NCBI GenBank assembly: GCA_038523235.1
Contig: JBCBJQ010000011.1
Location: 40,948 to 104,947, forward strand
DNA length: 64,000 nt
Origin: Cyanobacteria bacterium J06626_4
GTDB taxonomy: Bacteria > Cyanobacteriota > Cyanobacteriia > Phormidesmidales > Phormidesmidaceae
Reading direction: 5' to 3'
Shown: piece after piece, positions 10,874 through 21,524 of the stretch
Layout: every line of letters begins with the position of its first letter
How positions within the stretch are numbered: the first letter of the stretch is position 1
Translations under genes and position numbers: made by a program
The notes under the pieces: generated by a model
The model's input: the letters and a program-made list of their open reading frames with translations, nothing else
Database searches by the model: none
What the model was told of the DNA's origin: nothing

Positions 10874-11788
10874 ATGGCTGCTTTCCAACGCCTTAATTTC
10901 TTTGCGGGTGGTGCCGCTATCGCGCTGCTGTTAGCGGTTCCAGCTCAGGCTGAGGATGATCTGACCGCAGACCTGCAGACCGACGTGACCGGGACGGCCT
11001 TGGCGCGAGTCGATCTAGCGGCGGCAGAGGCGGCGATCGCCGCCGTTGAGGTTGACCGAATGACCGAGTTGGCCGCCGAGCCGCTGGCCGCTAAGACCGA
11101 GAATAGTGGGGTAAAAGCGGCTCCGGCAGCTGGGCTCGTCGCGGCTCAGACCCTAGAGGACTTCTTGGCGGCATCGAGCCCTGCTAACGCTGATTTCGCT
11201 GAGGCGACTGTCGTGACTTTGGCGGCGGTTGATGCCGTAGTGGAGGAGCCATTCGTCACCTCGGCGGCCGCACTTGATCTAGAGACGGCCGCTACGCTCG
11301 CCGCCGGAACTGAAAGCGCCGCCGCGACGGAGACCTTGGCCCAAGGCGAAGCGGTCGCCCAGGTCACAAGACCGCTCTATCGTGGCGTCACCCCCTTTTA
11401 TGTCGGATTTGGGGGCAATATCGGCATTGTGGATAGTGACAAGAGCGCCGTTGGCGATTTTGGCTTCAACATCATCAGCAAAATTTCCCTTGGCCCTCGG
11501 TTTGCGGTGCGGCCTTCGGTGCAGTTCTCGGAAGACGAAGTCAGCGTGGCGATCCCCGTCACTTACAACTTCAATCCGATTGATACTGGTCGGTTCAGCA
11601 TTTATCCCTCGCTCGGCGGCGGCATTGACATTGGCAGTGACCTGGGTCTGTTGATCAACGGTGGGGTGGATATCCCGATCTCGCGGGCGTTCACGCTCAA
11701 CAGTCAGATCAATTGGCGCGTCACTGAAGACACCGGCCTCGGCCTTTCTCTGGGCGTGGCGTATAACTTCCCTGTCTTCTTTGAGTAA
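10874..11788 (+). CDS. Outer-membrane beta-barrel protein with long Ala/acidic N-terminal linker
   Basis: Signal peptide ending AQA, low-complexity Ala/Glu/Asp region, C-terminal alternating beta strands ending ...GVAYNF. Confidence 0.7.
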   Translation: MAAFQRLNFFAGGAAIALLLAVPAQAEDDLTADLQTDVTGTALARVDLAAAEAAIAAVEVDRMTELAAEPLAAKTENSGVKAAPAAGLVAAQTLEDFLAASSPANADFAEATVVTLAAVDAVVEEPFVTSAAALDLETAATLAAGTESAAATETLAQGEAVAQVTRPLYRGVTPFYVGFGGNIGIVDSDKSAVGDFGFNIISKISLGPRFAVRPSVQFSEDEVSVAIPVTYNFNPIDTGRFSIYPSLGGGIDIGSDLGLLINGGVDIPISRAFTLNSQINWRVTEDTGLGLSLGVAYNFPVFFE

Positions 11789-11863
11789 GTTTGGGTTTGA
11801 AAGCTTTCGAGCATTGAGTTTGAGGTGGGATGACTCCTGACCTCGCTCGTTATAAATCTCCTT

Positions 11864-11894
11864 GAAGGCAGCGTCATTTTGATGCTGCCTTTTT
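11864..11894 (+). terminator. Rho-independent terminator
   Basis: AAGGCAGCGTCA-TTT-TGATGCTGCCTT hairpin followed by a T run, between convergent genes. Confidence 0.75.
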
Positions 11895-11965
11895 CACGCG
11901 GTCCTTAAGGGTCTCTCAGAAAGCCACTGTGACCGCATCTCCATCATCGACCTGGGCGATCGCTA

Positions 11966-12559
11966 TCAGGCATTTAGGTTGTTAACCAAGCTGGCTAGAT
12001 CCAACTGAACCTTGATATCGATGAGTTGGTTTCCCAGCGCTAGCCGTTCTCCAGTGACCCAAGCTGCTTGAGGCTGAAAGCCATAAATCCGACGCGGAGA
12101 GGCCCCGAGATAGTCGTCTCGGGTCCGTCGGGGTGGGTCGCCACCGGTCCGTTTGAACAGAGACTGCATCACCGTGTTGACGTGCGCAGGCTCTAACTCC
12201 TGTGCGAGGCCACTCAGATAAACGCCCTTGCCTTTGCCTTCTCCCGCATGGGTGCCGTAAATAGTGATGGCCACTCGCCCTTGGTTCAGATAAATGTTTT
12301 GAGAATGCTTGGCAGCGATCGCAGAAGACCAATACAAGTTCAGCGCTGAGTCATAGGTGAAGAAGACCGGAGAGGCCCAAGGCCAACTATCCGGCGAGCA
12401 GGTTGATAGGGTGCAGTAAATGTTGTTTTGAATGATTTGGCTGGCCAGGTCTAAGGCGGCTGGGTTCTGCTGCTCAGAGGTCTTGACCCAGTCATTGTCC
12501 ATCAGTGCTCTCACCTGTTCATCATCAGAGCGCTGCGTCGAGACTGTCTCATCAATCAT
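11966..12559 (-). CDS. Pyridoxamine 5'-phosphate oxidase family (FMN-binding split barrel) protein
   Basis: CTLSTC...PWASPVFF...YWSS...HSQNI...VAITI pattern. Confidence 0.85.
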   Translation of the reverse strand: MIDETVSTQRSDDEQVRALMDNDWVKTSEQQNPAALDLASQIIQNNIYCTLSTCSPDSWPWASPVFFTYDSALNLYWSSAIAAKHSQNIYLNQGRVAITIYGTHAGEGKGKGVYLSGLAQELEPAHVNTVMQSLFKRTGGDPPRRTRDDYLGASPRRIYGFQPQAAWVTGERLALGNQLIDIKVQLDLASLVNNLNA

Positions 12560-12849
12560 GGCTGTGGAACTTGACTGCGATTATTCAAAAGCTATCGCAG
12601 TTTCTGGCATCTGCGATTTCCGCCTCTAATAAATTGGTGACGGCATCTGCAACTGTCTTAGTCAGGGCAATCTTGGCTCCCACAGTGGTGCATCAGAGCC
12701 CAACATCTTCAGTCTCCAGAACCGGTCAGGTCACAACCTGGCCCAGCGACAATTTAGATATAGGCCCGCAATTATTACCACGATCATCCTCCAGTCTTGA
12801 GCCGTCATTTTTGGGCATGCTGCCTTTGAGGGCATCTCGGGGAAATACT

Positions 12850-14304
12850 GTGACTGCATCCACATCATCATCGGCCTGGGCGATCGCCCAAGCTCGCCTC
12901 AAAGAAATTTGGGGCTACAGCGCCTTTCGTCCACCTCAGGACTTGGTGATTCAAGCGTTGCTGCAGCGGCAAGATGCGCTGATTGTGATGCCAACGGGTG
13001 GGGGCAAGTCGTTGTGCTTCCAACTGCCTGCCTTGATGCAGCAGGGCGTCACTCTGGTGGTCTCTCCCCTAGTGGCGCTAATGGAAAATCAGGTGCAGGA
13101 GCTGCGCGATCGCCAGTTGCCTGCCGCTACCCTGCACAATGAAGTGCCGAAATCAGAGCGATATCGGGTCTTGACGGCCCTCGAACGGCAGCAGCTGCGG
13201 CTGCTCTATCTCTCTCCTGAGACGCTATTGAGCCCGCCCGTTTGGCAACGCCTCTGCCAGCCGAATCTGACCATCAACGGCCTCGTGCTCGATGAAGCCC
13301 ATTGCCTGGTGCAGTGGGGTGAAACGTTTCGTCCCGCCTATCGGCGGTTAGGGGCGGCTCGTCAAGCCCTGCAGCAATGCCGACCCGACGGCACCCAAAT
13401 TCCTATCGCGGCCTTTACTGCCACGGCTGATCCCATCGCTCAAAAGGTGATTCGTGAAGTCCTCAAGCTGCGATCGCCCCAAGTTTTCTGTCTGAGTCCC
13501 TATCGGGCCAACTTGCATCTGACCGTGCAAACCGTATGGACGCCGCGGGGCCGCCAGCAAGGTTTGCTGAAATTCGTGCATCAGCATCATGGCCAAACGG
13601 GACTGGTGTATGTGCGCACCCGTCGCGACAGTGTCGAGTTAGCTCGCTGGCTGCAGCAACGGGGCTATCGCACGGCCAGCTATCACGCCGGATTATCCGC
13701 CCGCGATCGCCGTCAGTGTGAGCAAGCCTGGCTGCAAAACCAGGTGCAAATCGTGGTGGCGACGAATGCCTTTGGTATGGGGGTTAACAAGCCAGATTTA
13801 CGCTGGGTGGCCCACTATCACGTGCCTCACTTGCTGACTGAATATGTGCAAGAGATTGGCCGGGCCGGACGCGACGGCCAGCCCGCCCACGCTCTGTCAC
13901 TCATCAGTGAGCGTAGCGGACTGCTAGATCCCACCGACCGCCAGCGATCTCAATTCTTTCGCAACCAGGCCCACAAAATTCGGCAGCAGGCGACGCGGCT
14001 CAGCCAACAGATTCCTCCCCAAGGAAGTCTGCCAACCGTGCAAGAAGAATTTAAGGATGGAGCGATCGCGCTGTCCTATCTCCACAGCCAGGGCCAGCTA
14101 GAGTGGCTTGATCCCTTTCACTACCAACTATTGCCTCATCGCGTTCAGACATCTGCGGCTTCCCAAGCAGACTCGGATATGACCGCGTTTTTGTATAGCC
14201 GTCGCTGTCGCTGGCAGTTGATCATGCAGCAGTTTGGCTTTCGCCCCAAGACGGTAAAGCCAGGCCGGTGTGGGCATTGTGATAATTGCCGTCAGCCTGC
14301 GTGA
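12850..14304 (+). CDS. recQ: RecQ-family ATP-dependent DNA helicase (short form, no HRDC)
   Basis: MPTGGGKS, DEAH, FTATA, YHAG, GMGVNKPD, QEIGRAGRDG, C-terminal CRW...CGHCDNC Zn motif; GTG start at 12850 is inferred. Confidence 0.9.
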   Translation: MTASTSSSAWAIAQARLKEIWGYSAFRPPQDLVIQALLQRQDALIVMPTGGGKSLCFQLPALMQQGVTLVVSPLVALMENQVQELRDRQLPAATLHNEVPKSERYRVLTALERQQLRLLYLSPETLLSPPVWQRLCQPNLTINGLVLDEAHCLVQWGETFRPAYRRLGAARQALQQCRPDGTQIPIAAFTATADPIAQKVIREVLKLRSPQVFCLSPYRANLHLTVQTVWTPRGRQQGLLKFVHQHHGQTGLVYVRTRRDSVELARWLQQRGYRTASYHAGLSARDRRQCEQAWLQNQVQIVVATNAFGMGVNKPDLRWVAHYHVPHLLTEYVQEIGRAGRDGQPAHALSLISERSGLLDPTDRQRSQFFRNQAHKIRQQATRLSQQIPPQGSLPTVQEEFKDGAIALSYLHSQGQLEWLDPFHYQLLPHRVQTSAASQADSDMTAFLYSRRCRWQLIMQQFGFRPKTVKPGRCGHCDNCRQPA

Positions 14305-14310
14305 CGATCG

Positions 14311-14937
14311 TTATTCTGGCTGAGGCCCAGGAAAGGTCGGGGGTGAGCCTGCCGGAACGTCTTCTATTCCTAAGGGGCGCAATGTATCTGCCGGAAGCTC
14401 AGGGACTAAGATCGGGCTGCCACTCTCGGTTTCTACCTGATAGAACAGGCGACTCTGCCCCGATGCATCGCGCTCAAAAGAGGCATCTAGATAGCCGTCG
14501 CCATAGAGAATGAGATTCAATAGGCCGCCATCGGTGCGAGAGTCCATCGGCCAGGGCGATAACGTGCCAGAGAACTCACCAGCGGTAAACACAAACCCTT
14601 GGTAAGCGATTGGATGACACATGCCGTCGGCATTGGCCATCCCCATGATCACGGTCGTGTCGCCATAAATCTGAGCCGCTCCGGTCAGGGTCCAACCGGC
14701 AGCCATCACCAGATCATCTTCCGGGAGCACTGCCGGACGCACTGTTTGCTCGCACTCCGTCAGGTTACTGCTGTCCTGCTCTGGCGCTTGCGGCATGGCC
14801 GCGTCCGCTTCATTCCAGTTCATGACTTCATCTAGCCAGGTGCCGCTGGGCTCTACTTGCGCTCGGGACGTCGGTGCTAGCAGCATTGAGGCCAATACCA
14901 GTAACGCCGGCAAGATAGTCAGCCAAGACTTCATCAT
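14311..14937 (-). CDS. Secreted LppP/LprE-like domain protein
   Basis: Signal peptide; WLD...NWN...C...AGW...ADGMCxP...GTLSPxPMDSRTDG pattern seen in cyanobacterial LppP/LprE-type proteins. Confidence 0.6.
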   Translation of the reverse strand: MMKSWLTILPALLVLASMLLAPTSRAQVEPSGTWLDEVMNWNEADAAMPQAPEQDSSNLTECEQTVRPAVLPEDDLVMAAGWTLTGAAQIYGDTTVIMGMANADGMCHPIAYQGFVFTAGEFSGTLSPWPMDSRTDGGLLNLILYGDGYLDASFERDASGQSRLFYQVETESGSPILVPELPADTLRPLGIEDVPAGSPPTFPGPQPE

Positions 14938-15671
14938 AGTCACCTCGCAAATACGTCGATCAGGGGAGCCCAACAGCGGTGGTTAGCAATAGCGTAGAGG
15001 CGATCACGAGGGATCGTAAAGGGCAAGGAAAGAGTGTGATCGCCAACTAACATCCGCTTTTGCCCCCTCAGGATAGCTGCGGCCAGGCCCGGATCAGTCC
15101 CTAGAAAGCTCTCCAAGCACAGCCGTCCTCACCGACTAGCACGCCTGCAATCCTCCTGGGCGAGCCGAGAGTATCTGATGACCGCTGGCGCGATCGCTTC
15201 TTTGAGTCAAATGCGGCGATGTTGTTTTTATTTGTAGACAGAATAAGAAGCCTGATTAAGTTGTTTTTATTAACTCCAAAAATAAAAAGAAAGATCTTAT
15301 CAAAAGATCTTAATTGAATTGAAAATCGGCGGCAAATATCTTTTGTCAGAGTTATTAACTTCTGAAAATAACCTTTGCTAAAGCAATAGTGTTTCTGTAG
15401 TTTGATATTTAATTCGAGCTTCCTCCGGCTTCAGAAGTCATGGGTTTTTCGCCCATGAAAATTTTTTCTAAGGCCACTTAAGAAGTTCAATGACCTGCAT
15501 GGAGCTGGGCGCAGCACATTATTTTGCTGTCTCAGGAGGACTCTAGGCAAGTCTTCCATGTCGAAAACGTCTTACTTTAGGCTTTCTATAGACTCATCCA
15601 ATGAATGTCTATGCTCTTATGAAAGCGCCTTTATCCACTCTGTATTTTTGAGTAGAAGAGAGGAGAGTCCC

Positions 15672-17966
15672 ATGACAATAAGTCCCCCTGAACCGGGACA
15701 GAAAGTCAGGGTTGTGGTTGATAAAGATCCGGTACAAACCTCATTTGAACGATGGGCAAAGCCGGGACATTTTGACCGAACGTTAGCGCGCGGTCCCAAA
15801 ACCACCACGTGGATTTGGAATCTGCATGCTGATGCCCATGACTTTGATAGTCACACGAGTGACTTAGAAGATATTTCTCGTAAAATCTTCAGCGCCCACT
15901 TTGGCCATTTGGCCGTCATTTTCATCTGGCTAAGTGGGATGTACTTTCACGGGGCCAAGTTCTCTAATTACGAGGCTTGGCTGACCAACCCCACCGGCAT
16001 TAAACCCAGTGCTCAGGTGGTTTGGCCGATTTTTGGTCAAGAAATCCTCAACGCCGATGTCGGCGGTGGCTTCAACGGCATTCAAATCACCTCTGGTTTA
16101 TTCCAGATGTGGCGGGCTAACGGCATTACCAACAGCTTCGAGCTGTATTGCACCGCGATCGGGGCATTGGTAATGGCGGGCTTGATGCTGTTTGCCGGGT
16201 GGTTCCATTACCACAAAGCCGCTCCCAAGCTGGAGTGGTTCCAAAATGTGGAATCGATGATGAACCACCACTTGGCCGGGCTGTTGGGGCTGGGCTGTCT
16301 CGGGTATGCCGGACAGCAAATCCATGTCTCCCTGCCGATCAATGCCTGTATGGATGCGATCGATGCGGGTAAGCCCTTGACCATTGGCGGTCGAGTCATT
16401 GATTCAGTGGCGGCGATTCCGTTGCCCCACGAGTGGATCTTGAATCCCAGCCTGATGGCTGATCTGTATCCCAGTTTTGCCCAGGGGTTAACCCCGTTCT
16501 TTACGCTCAACTGGAGCGCCTACACCGATTTTCTCACCTTCAAAGGTGGGTTGAACCCGGTCACTGGCGGGTTGTGGTTGTCCGATACGGCCCACCACCA
16601 CCTGGCTTTGGCCGTCTTGTTCATCGTCGCTGGGCACTTCTACCGCACGAACTGGGGCATTGGCCACAGTTTCAGAGAAGTGTTAGAGGCCCACAAGGGT
16701 CCCTTCACCGGGGAAGGCCACAAGGGCATGTATGAGATCTTCACGACCTCTTGGCACTGCCAGTTGTCGTGGAACCTCGCTTGGGTCGGTTCGTTATCCA
16801 TCATTGTGGCTCACCACATGTATGCGATGCCGCCCTATCCGTACATTGCGACGGACTACGCCACTCAGTTGGGCCTATTTACCCACCACATGTGGATTGG
16901 CGGTTTCCTCATCTGTGGGGCCGCTGCCCATGCAGCCATTTTCATGGTGCGAGACTATGACCCGGCCACCCATGTCGACAACCTGCTTGATCGCGTGTTG
17001 CGTCATCGAGATGCCATCATTTCTCACCTGAACTGGGTGTGTATTTTCCTCGGTTTCCATAGCTTTGGTCTGTATATCCACAATGACACCATGCGGTCGT
17101 TGGGACGGCCTCAGGACATGTTCTCCGATACCGCAATTAATTTGCAGCCGATTTTTGCCCAATGGGTACAAGGGCTGCATGCTGCCGCTGCTGGCAATAC
17201 CGCACCGGGTGCCCTAGCTGGGGTGAGTCCGGTCTTTAACGGTGACGTTTTAGCAGTCGGTGGCAAGGTAGCCATGGCGGCGATCCCTCTAGGTACCGCC
17301 GACTTTATGGTGCACCACATTCATGCCTTCACGATTCATGTGACAGTCCTGATTTTGCTGAAAGGCGTGCTGTTTGCTCGTAGTTCTCGCTTGATTCCGG
17401 ATAAAGGTGAGTTGGGTTTCCGATTCCCTTGTGATGGCCCCGGTCGAGGCGGCACCTGTCAGGTATCCGGTTGGGACCATGTGTTCCTGGGCCTGTTCTG
17501 GATGTACAACTCCATCTCCATCGTGATCTTCCACTTTAGTTGGAAGATGCAGTCGGACGTGTGGGGTTCAGTGTCTGATTCCGGCGCGGTTTCACACATT
17601 ACCGCTGGTAACTTTGCCCAAAGCTCGATCACGATTAACGGTTGGCTACGGGACTTCTTGTGGGCTCAGGCCTCCCAGGTGATTGGCTCTTACGGGTCGG
17701 CCCTGTCGGCTTACGGCCTCATGTTCCTCGGGGCTCACTTTGTGTGGGCATTTAGTCTGATGTTCTTGTTTAGTGGCCGCGGCTACTGGCAAGAGCTGAT
17801 TGAGTCCATTGTTTGGGCTCACAGCAAGCTGAAGGTTGCGCCTGCTATCCAGCCTCGGGCGCTGAGTATCACGCAAGGGCGTGCAGTTGGGTTAGCGCAC
17901 TATCTCTTAGGAGGGATTGCCACCACCTGGGCCTTCTTCCATGCTCGCATGTTGACGATGGGATAG
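15672..17966 (+). CDS. psaA: Photosystem I P700 apoprotein A1
   Basis: MTISPPE start after AGAGGAG RBS; FX motif [13 protein letters not shown]; full-length PsaA sequence. Confidence 0.99.
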   Translation: MTISPPEPGQKVRVVVDKDPVQTSFERWAKPGHFDRTLARGPKTTTWIWNLHADAHDFDSHTSDLEDISRKIFSAHFGHLAVIFIWLSGMYFHGAKFSNYEAWLTNPTGIKPSAQVVWPIFGQEILNADVGGGFNGIQITSGLFQMWRANGITNSFELYCTAIGALVMAGLMLFAGWFHYHKAAPKLEWFQNVESMMNHHLAGLLGLGCLGYAGQQIHVSLPINACMDAIDAGKPLTIGGRVIDSVAAIPLPHEWILNPSLMADLYPSFAQGLTPFFTLNWSAYTDFLTFKGGLNPVTGGLWLSDTAHHHLALAVLFIVAGHFYRTNWGIGHSFREVLEAHKGPFTGEGHKGMYEIFTTSWHCQLSWNLAWVGSLSIIVAHHMYAMPPYPYIATDYATQLGLFTHHMWIGGFLICGAAAHAAIFMVRDYDPATHVDNLLDRVLRHRDAIISHLNWVCIFLGFHSFGLYIHNDTMRSLGRPQDMFSDTAINLQPIFAQWVQGLHAAAAGNTAPGALAGVSPVFNGDVLAVGGKVAMAAIPLGTADFMVHHIHAFTIHVTVLILLKGVLFARSSRLIPDKGELGFRFPCDGPGRGGTCQVSGWDHVFLGLFWMYNSISIVIFHFSWKMQSDVWGSVSDSGAVSHITAGNFAQSSITINGWLRDFLWAQASQVIGSYGSALSAYGLMFLGAHFVWAFSLMFLFSGRGYWQELIESIVWAHSKLKVAPAIQPRALSITQGRAVGLAHYLLGGIATTWAFFHARMLTMG

Positions 17967-17989
17967 CAGGGAGGAATCAAAAAAAATCA

Positions 17990-20218
17990 ATGGCAACTAA
18001 ATTCCCAAAATTTAGCCAGGCTTTGGCGCAAGATCCGACTACTCGGCGGATCTGGTATGGGATTGCGACGGCCCACGATTTTGAAAGTCACGATGGCATG
18101 ACGGAGGAAAATCTTTATCAAAAGATTTTTGCTTCTCACTTTGGTCATCTGGCAATCATCTTTTTGTGGACCTCCGGCAACCTGTTCCACGTCGCCTGGC
18201 AAGGTAATTTCGAGCAGTGGGTCAAAGACCCGCTCGGTGTTAGTCCCATCGCTCACGCGATTTGGGATCCGCAGTTTGGTCAACCGGCGGTGGATGCCTT
18301 CAGCCAAGCTGGGGCCAACTATCCGGTCGATATCTCTTTCTCGGGGGTCTACCACTGGTGGTACACCATCGGCATGCGCACCAACATGGACCTCTTTAGT
18401 GGTGCGGTGTTCTTGCTGATTTTGGCCGCCGTCTTTCTGTTTGCTGGTTGGCTGCATTTACAGCCCCGGTTCCGCCCGAGTTTGTCTTGGTTCAAAAATG
18501 CGGAATCCCGCTTGAACCACCACTTAGCTGGGCTGTTTGGCGTCAGTTCGCTGGCCTGGACAGGGCATTTGGTGCACGTGGCCATTCCCGAAGCGCGGGG
18601 TCAGCATGTGGGGTGGGACAACTTCCTCTCCACGCCGCCCCACCCCGACGGGTTGCTGCCGTTCTTCACCGGCCAGTGGGGCGTCTATGCCCAGAACCCT
18701 GATGGTCTCAATCAGGTGTTTGGCACCAGTGAGGGTGCCGGTACTGCGATTCTGACCTTCTTGGGAGGTTTTCATCCCCAGACGGAAGCGCTGTGGCTGA
18801 CGGATATTGCCCATCACCATCTGGCGATCGCGGTCATCTTTATCGTGGCGGGCCACATGTACCGGACTAACTTCGGTATTGGCCACAACATGAAGGAGAT
18901 CATGGCGGCCCATAATCCGCCTACCGGAACGCCTTTTGGCGGTTGGATTGGCGATGGCCACAAGGGCATGTATGACACCTATAACAACTCGCTCCACTTC
19001 CAACTGGGGTGGCACTTAGCTTGTTTAGGGGTGGTCACGTCGCTGGTGGCGCAGCACATGTATTCGCTGCCGTCCTACGCGTTTATCGCCAAGGACTACA
19101 CCACTCAGGCGGCCTTGTATACCCATCACCAGTACATCGCTGGCTTCTTGATGGTGGGGGCGTTTGCCCACGGGGCCATTTTCCTGATTCGGGATTACGA
19201 TCCCAAGGCGAATGAGAACAATGTGCTGTCCCGGATGCTAGAGCATAAGGAAGCGCTGATTTCCCACCTGAGTTGGGTTTCCCTCTTCCTCGGCTTCCAC
19301 ACGTTGGGACTATACGTCCATAACGATGTGGTCGTCGCTTTTGGCACCCCCGAGAAGCAGATTCTGGTAGAGCCCGTCTTTGCCCAGTGGATTCAAGCTT
19401 CCCACGGCAAACTGCTGTATGGCTTTGACACCCTATTGTCGAACTCCGACAGCATTGCCGCGACGGCTTGGCCCAACTACGGCAACGTCTGGTTACCCGG
19501 ATGGCTGGATGCGATTAACAGTGGCTCGAACTCGTTGTTCTTGGCCATTGGCCCCGGTGACTTCTTAGTGCACCATGCGATCGCCCTCGGCCTGCACACC
19601 ACGACCCTGATTCTTGTCAAAGGGGCCTTGGATGCTCGCGGTTCGAAGCTCATGCCGGACAAAAAAGACTTCGGCTACAGCTTCCCCTGCGACGGGCCAG
19701 GACGAGGGGGGACCTGCGACATCTCCGCGTGGGATGCGTTCTACCTCGCCATGTTCTGGATGCTCAATACCCTTGGGTGGTTGACGTTCTATTGGCACTG
19801 GAAACATCTCACCCTCTGGTCGGGTAACGTAGCTCAGTTCAACGAAAACTCGACCTACTTGATGGGCTGGTTCCGAGACTACCTGTGGCTCAACTCGTCG
19901 CAGCTGATCAACGGCTACAACCCGTATGGCATGAATAACCTATCGGTGTGGGCCTGGATGTTCCTCCTTGGACACTTGGTCTGGGCAACGGGCTTCATGT
20001 TCCTGATTAGCTGGCGGGGTTACTGGCAAGAGCTGATCGAGACGCTGGTGTGGGCGCATGAGCGCACGCCCCTGGCCAACTTGGTGAGCTGGAAAGATAA
20101 GCCGGTAGCACTCTCTATCGTGCAGGCGCGAGTGGTGGGTCTGGCTCACTTTACAGCAGGCTATATCATCACCTACGCGGCCTTCCTGATCGCCTCAACG
20201 TCAAGCCGCTTTGGCTAG
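17990..20218 (+). CDS. psaB: Photosystem I P700 apoprotein A2
   Basis: [10 protein letters not shown] start after [18 protein letters not shown]; ends ...SSRFG. Confidence 0.99.
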   Translation: MATKFPKFSQALAQDPTTRRIWYGIATAHDFESHDGMTEENLYQKIFASHFGHLAIIFLWTSGNLFHVAWQGNFEQWVKDPLGVSPIAHAIWDPQFGQPAVDAFSQAGANYPVDISFSGVYHWWYTIGMRTNMDLFSGAVFLLILAAVFLFAGWLHLQPRFRPSLSWFKNAESRLNHHLAGLFGVSSLAWTGHLVHVAIPEARGQHVGWDNFLSTPPHPDGLLPFFTGQWGVYAQNPDGLNQVFGTSEGAGTAILTFLGGFHPQTEALWLTDIAHHHLAIAVIFIVAGHMYRTNFGIGHNMKEIMAAHNPPTGTPFGGWIGDGHKGMYDTYNNSLHFQLGWHLACLGVVTSLVAQHMYSLPSYAFIAKDYTTQAALYTHHQYIAGFLMVGAFAHGAIFLIRDYDPKANENNVLSRMLEHKEALISHLSWVSLFLGFHTLGLYVHNDVVVAFGTPEKQILVEPVFAQWIQASHGKLLYGFDTLLSNSDSIAATAWPNYGNVWLPGWLDAINSGSNSLFLAIGPGDFLVHHAIALGLHTTTLILVKGALDARGSKLMPDKKDFGYSFPCDGPGRGGTCDISAWDAFYLAMFWMLNTLGWLTFYWHWKHLTLWSGNVAQFNENSTYLMGWFRDYLWLNSSQLINGYNPYGMNNLSVWAWMFLLGHLVWATGFMFLISWRGYWQELIETLVWAHERTPLANLVSWKDKPVALSIVQARVVGLAHFTAGYIITYAAFLIASTSSRFG

Positions 20219-20237
20219 CGAGGCAACTTGAAATAGA

Positions 20238-20269
20238 AGGCTGGGGACACAGTCATGTGTCCCCAGCCT
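20238..20269 (+). terminator. 14-bp perfect hairpin after psaB (stability element or terminator)
   Basis: AGGCTGGGGACACA-GTCA-TGTGTCCCCAGCCT; no U-tract follows. Confidence 0.6.
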
Positions 20270-20450
20270 CCTCCCCGAGCCCAGCTTTGTTGCCGGCTCC
20301 GGTTTACGCCCCCAACGCGATTCGTCCGCTCGGGATGAGCGTGGCCCTTATTCAAAGATTTTGATGACGGTTATTCAGAAGCTGACGCTGCATTCCTTCT
20401 GAAATCCCCTTTACAGGCTTGGGACGCATGGAGACTCTCCGCGCCTCATG

Positions 20451-20490
20451 AGTCCTGGTTCTTCGGGGTAGTTGAACCAGGACTTTTATT
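20451..20490 (+). terminator. Terminator-like hairpin in psaB-psaL spacer
   Basis: AGTCCTGGTTC-12 nt loop-GAACCAGGACT followed by TTTATT. Confidence 0.65.
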
Positions 20491-20624
20491 CTTCCGTTAG
20501 GCGATCGCGCCCTGGTGCATTGAGTATGCCGAGGCGAGTCGCTTCACCCCAATCGCCTAACGAGCCGTGTTTCTCTCTGACCCCGGAGAGAAGATTTCTC
20601 ACCCATATGGAGGCACATCCCAAC

Positions 20625-21104
20625 ATGACAAATCAAATGGTTCAGCCCTACCAGGGAAACCCGGAACTGGGCCACCTATCGACGCCCATCAGTGATTCCG
20701 CCTTTGTGCGGTCTTTCTTAGGGGCGCTGCCCGCCTACCGCAAAGGCATGGCCCCGCTGACGCGCGGGCTCGAAATTGGTCTGGCTCACGGGTATTTTTT
20801 GGTCGGGCCGGAAGTAGTGGTCGGTGCCCTACGGGACTTTGAGGTCGCCCCTTATTTGGGCGGACTGGTCACCGCGATCGCGATCGTGCTGCTGGGCACA
20901 GCCTGCATGAACGCCCACGGTCTCGTATCCCTCAAGCCCACCGCCGAACTCCCCGCTGGCACTGACCCGCTAAAAACGGCTGAAGGCTGGAGCGAAATGT
21001 CGGCTGGCTTTTTCATTGGCGGCATGAGCGGTGCCTATATGGCCTATTTCTTGCTGACCCACTTTGCCGAAATCAACGCGATCTTTAGGGGATTTGTGAA
21101 TTAG
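20625..21104 (+). CDS. psaL: Photosystem I subunit XI
   Basis: GHLSTPISDS...LPAYRKG...RGLEIGLAHGYFLVGP; GGAGG upstream of ATG 20625. Confidence 0.97.
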   Translation: MTNQMVQPYQGNPELGHLSTPISDSAFVRSFLGALPAYRKGMAPLTRGLEIGLAHGYFLVGPEVVVGALRDFEVAPYLGGLVTAIAIVLLGTACMNAHGLVSLKPTAELPAGTDPLKTAEGWSEMSAGFFIGGMSGAYMAYFLLTHFAEINAIFRGFVN

Positions 21105-21190
21105 TAGGGGATAGGGAATGGGGAATAGGGAACAGGTGGAATTTTCCTAATACCTAATCCCTGCTTACTCCCTACGCCCTCATACCTCGT
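21105..21190. repeat. STRR-like heptamer repeats forming an imperfect inverted pair
   Basis: ATAGGGA/ATGGGGA/ATAGGGA tandem followed by complementary TCCTAAT/ACCTAAT/TCCCT units between psaL and psaI. Confidence 0.6.
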
Positions 21191-21229
21191 AACCATTGAC
21201 CATCCACATTTTTTTAGGAGACTCTCCCC

Positions 21230-21346
21230 ATGGACGGAACTTACGCGGCTTCTTGGTTGCCCTGGATTATGATTCCTGTGATTACCTGGCTGATGCCAGC
21301 GGCAGTCATGGGCCTTCTGTTTTTCTATATCGAAAGCGAAGCCTAA
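21230..21346 (+). CDS. psaI: Photosystem I subunit VIII (not in ORF track)
   Basis: Translates to [46 protein letters not shown] upstream. Confidence 0.96.
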   Translation: MDGTYAASWLPWIMIPVITWLMPAAVMGLLFFYIESEA

Positions 21347-21410
21347 AGATTTTGAGTTGCCATAAGCTTGCAGGTCGGCGTCTAGCACGCTCACTGCAGT
21401 GCGAAGCTGA

Positions 21411-21437
21411 GGGACGTGATGCTCACGTCCCTTTTTG
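21411..21437 (+). terminator. Terminator after psaI
   Basis: AGGGACGTGA-TGC-TCACGTCCCT followed by TTTT. Confidence 0.8.
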
Positions 21438-21524
21438 TCGGGGGCGATCGCTCTCGTCTGCGGCCGCCGTTGCCATGACACTGCTGAGTTCAGAATTCTG
21501 CTATGGAACCGCAGACGTGCCGTT

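Noticed and set aside
15558..20624. N-terminal extensions of psaA, psaB and psaL suggested by the ORF track
   Set aside because: Canonical starts with clear RBS exist at 15672, 17990 and 20625; the upstream extensions are open-frame artefacts. The same applies to recQ, proS, pgi, csaB and CRR7.
15672..21346. FaRLiP far-red photosystem cluster
   Set aside because: No rfpABC, chlF, apc or psb paralogues in the window, and PsaA/PsaB/PsaI have visible-light-type termini and lengths.
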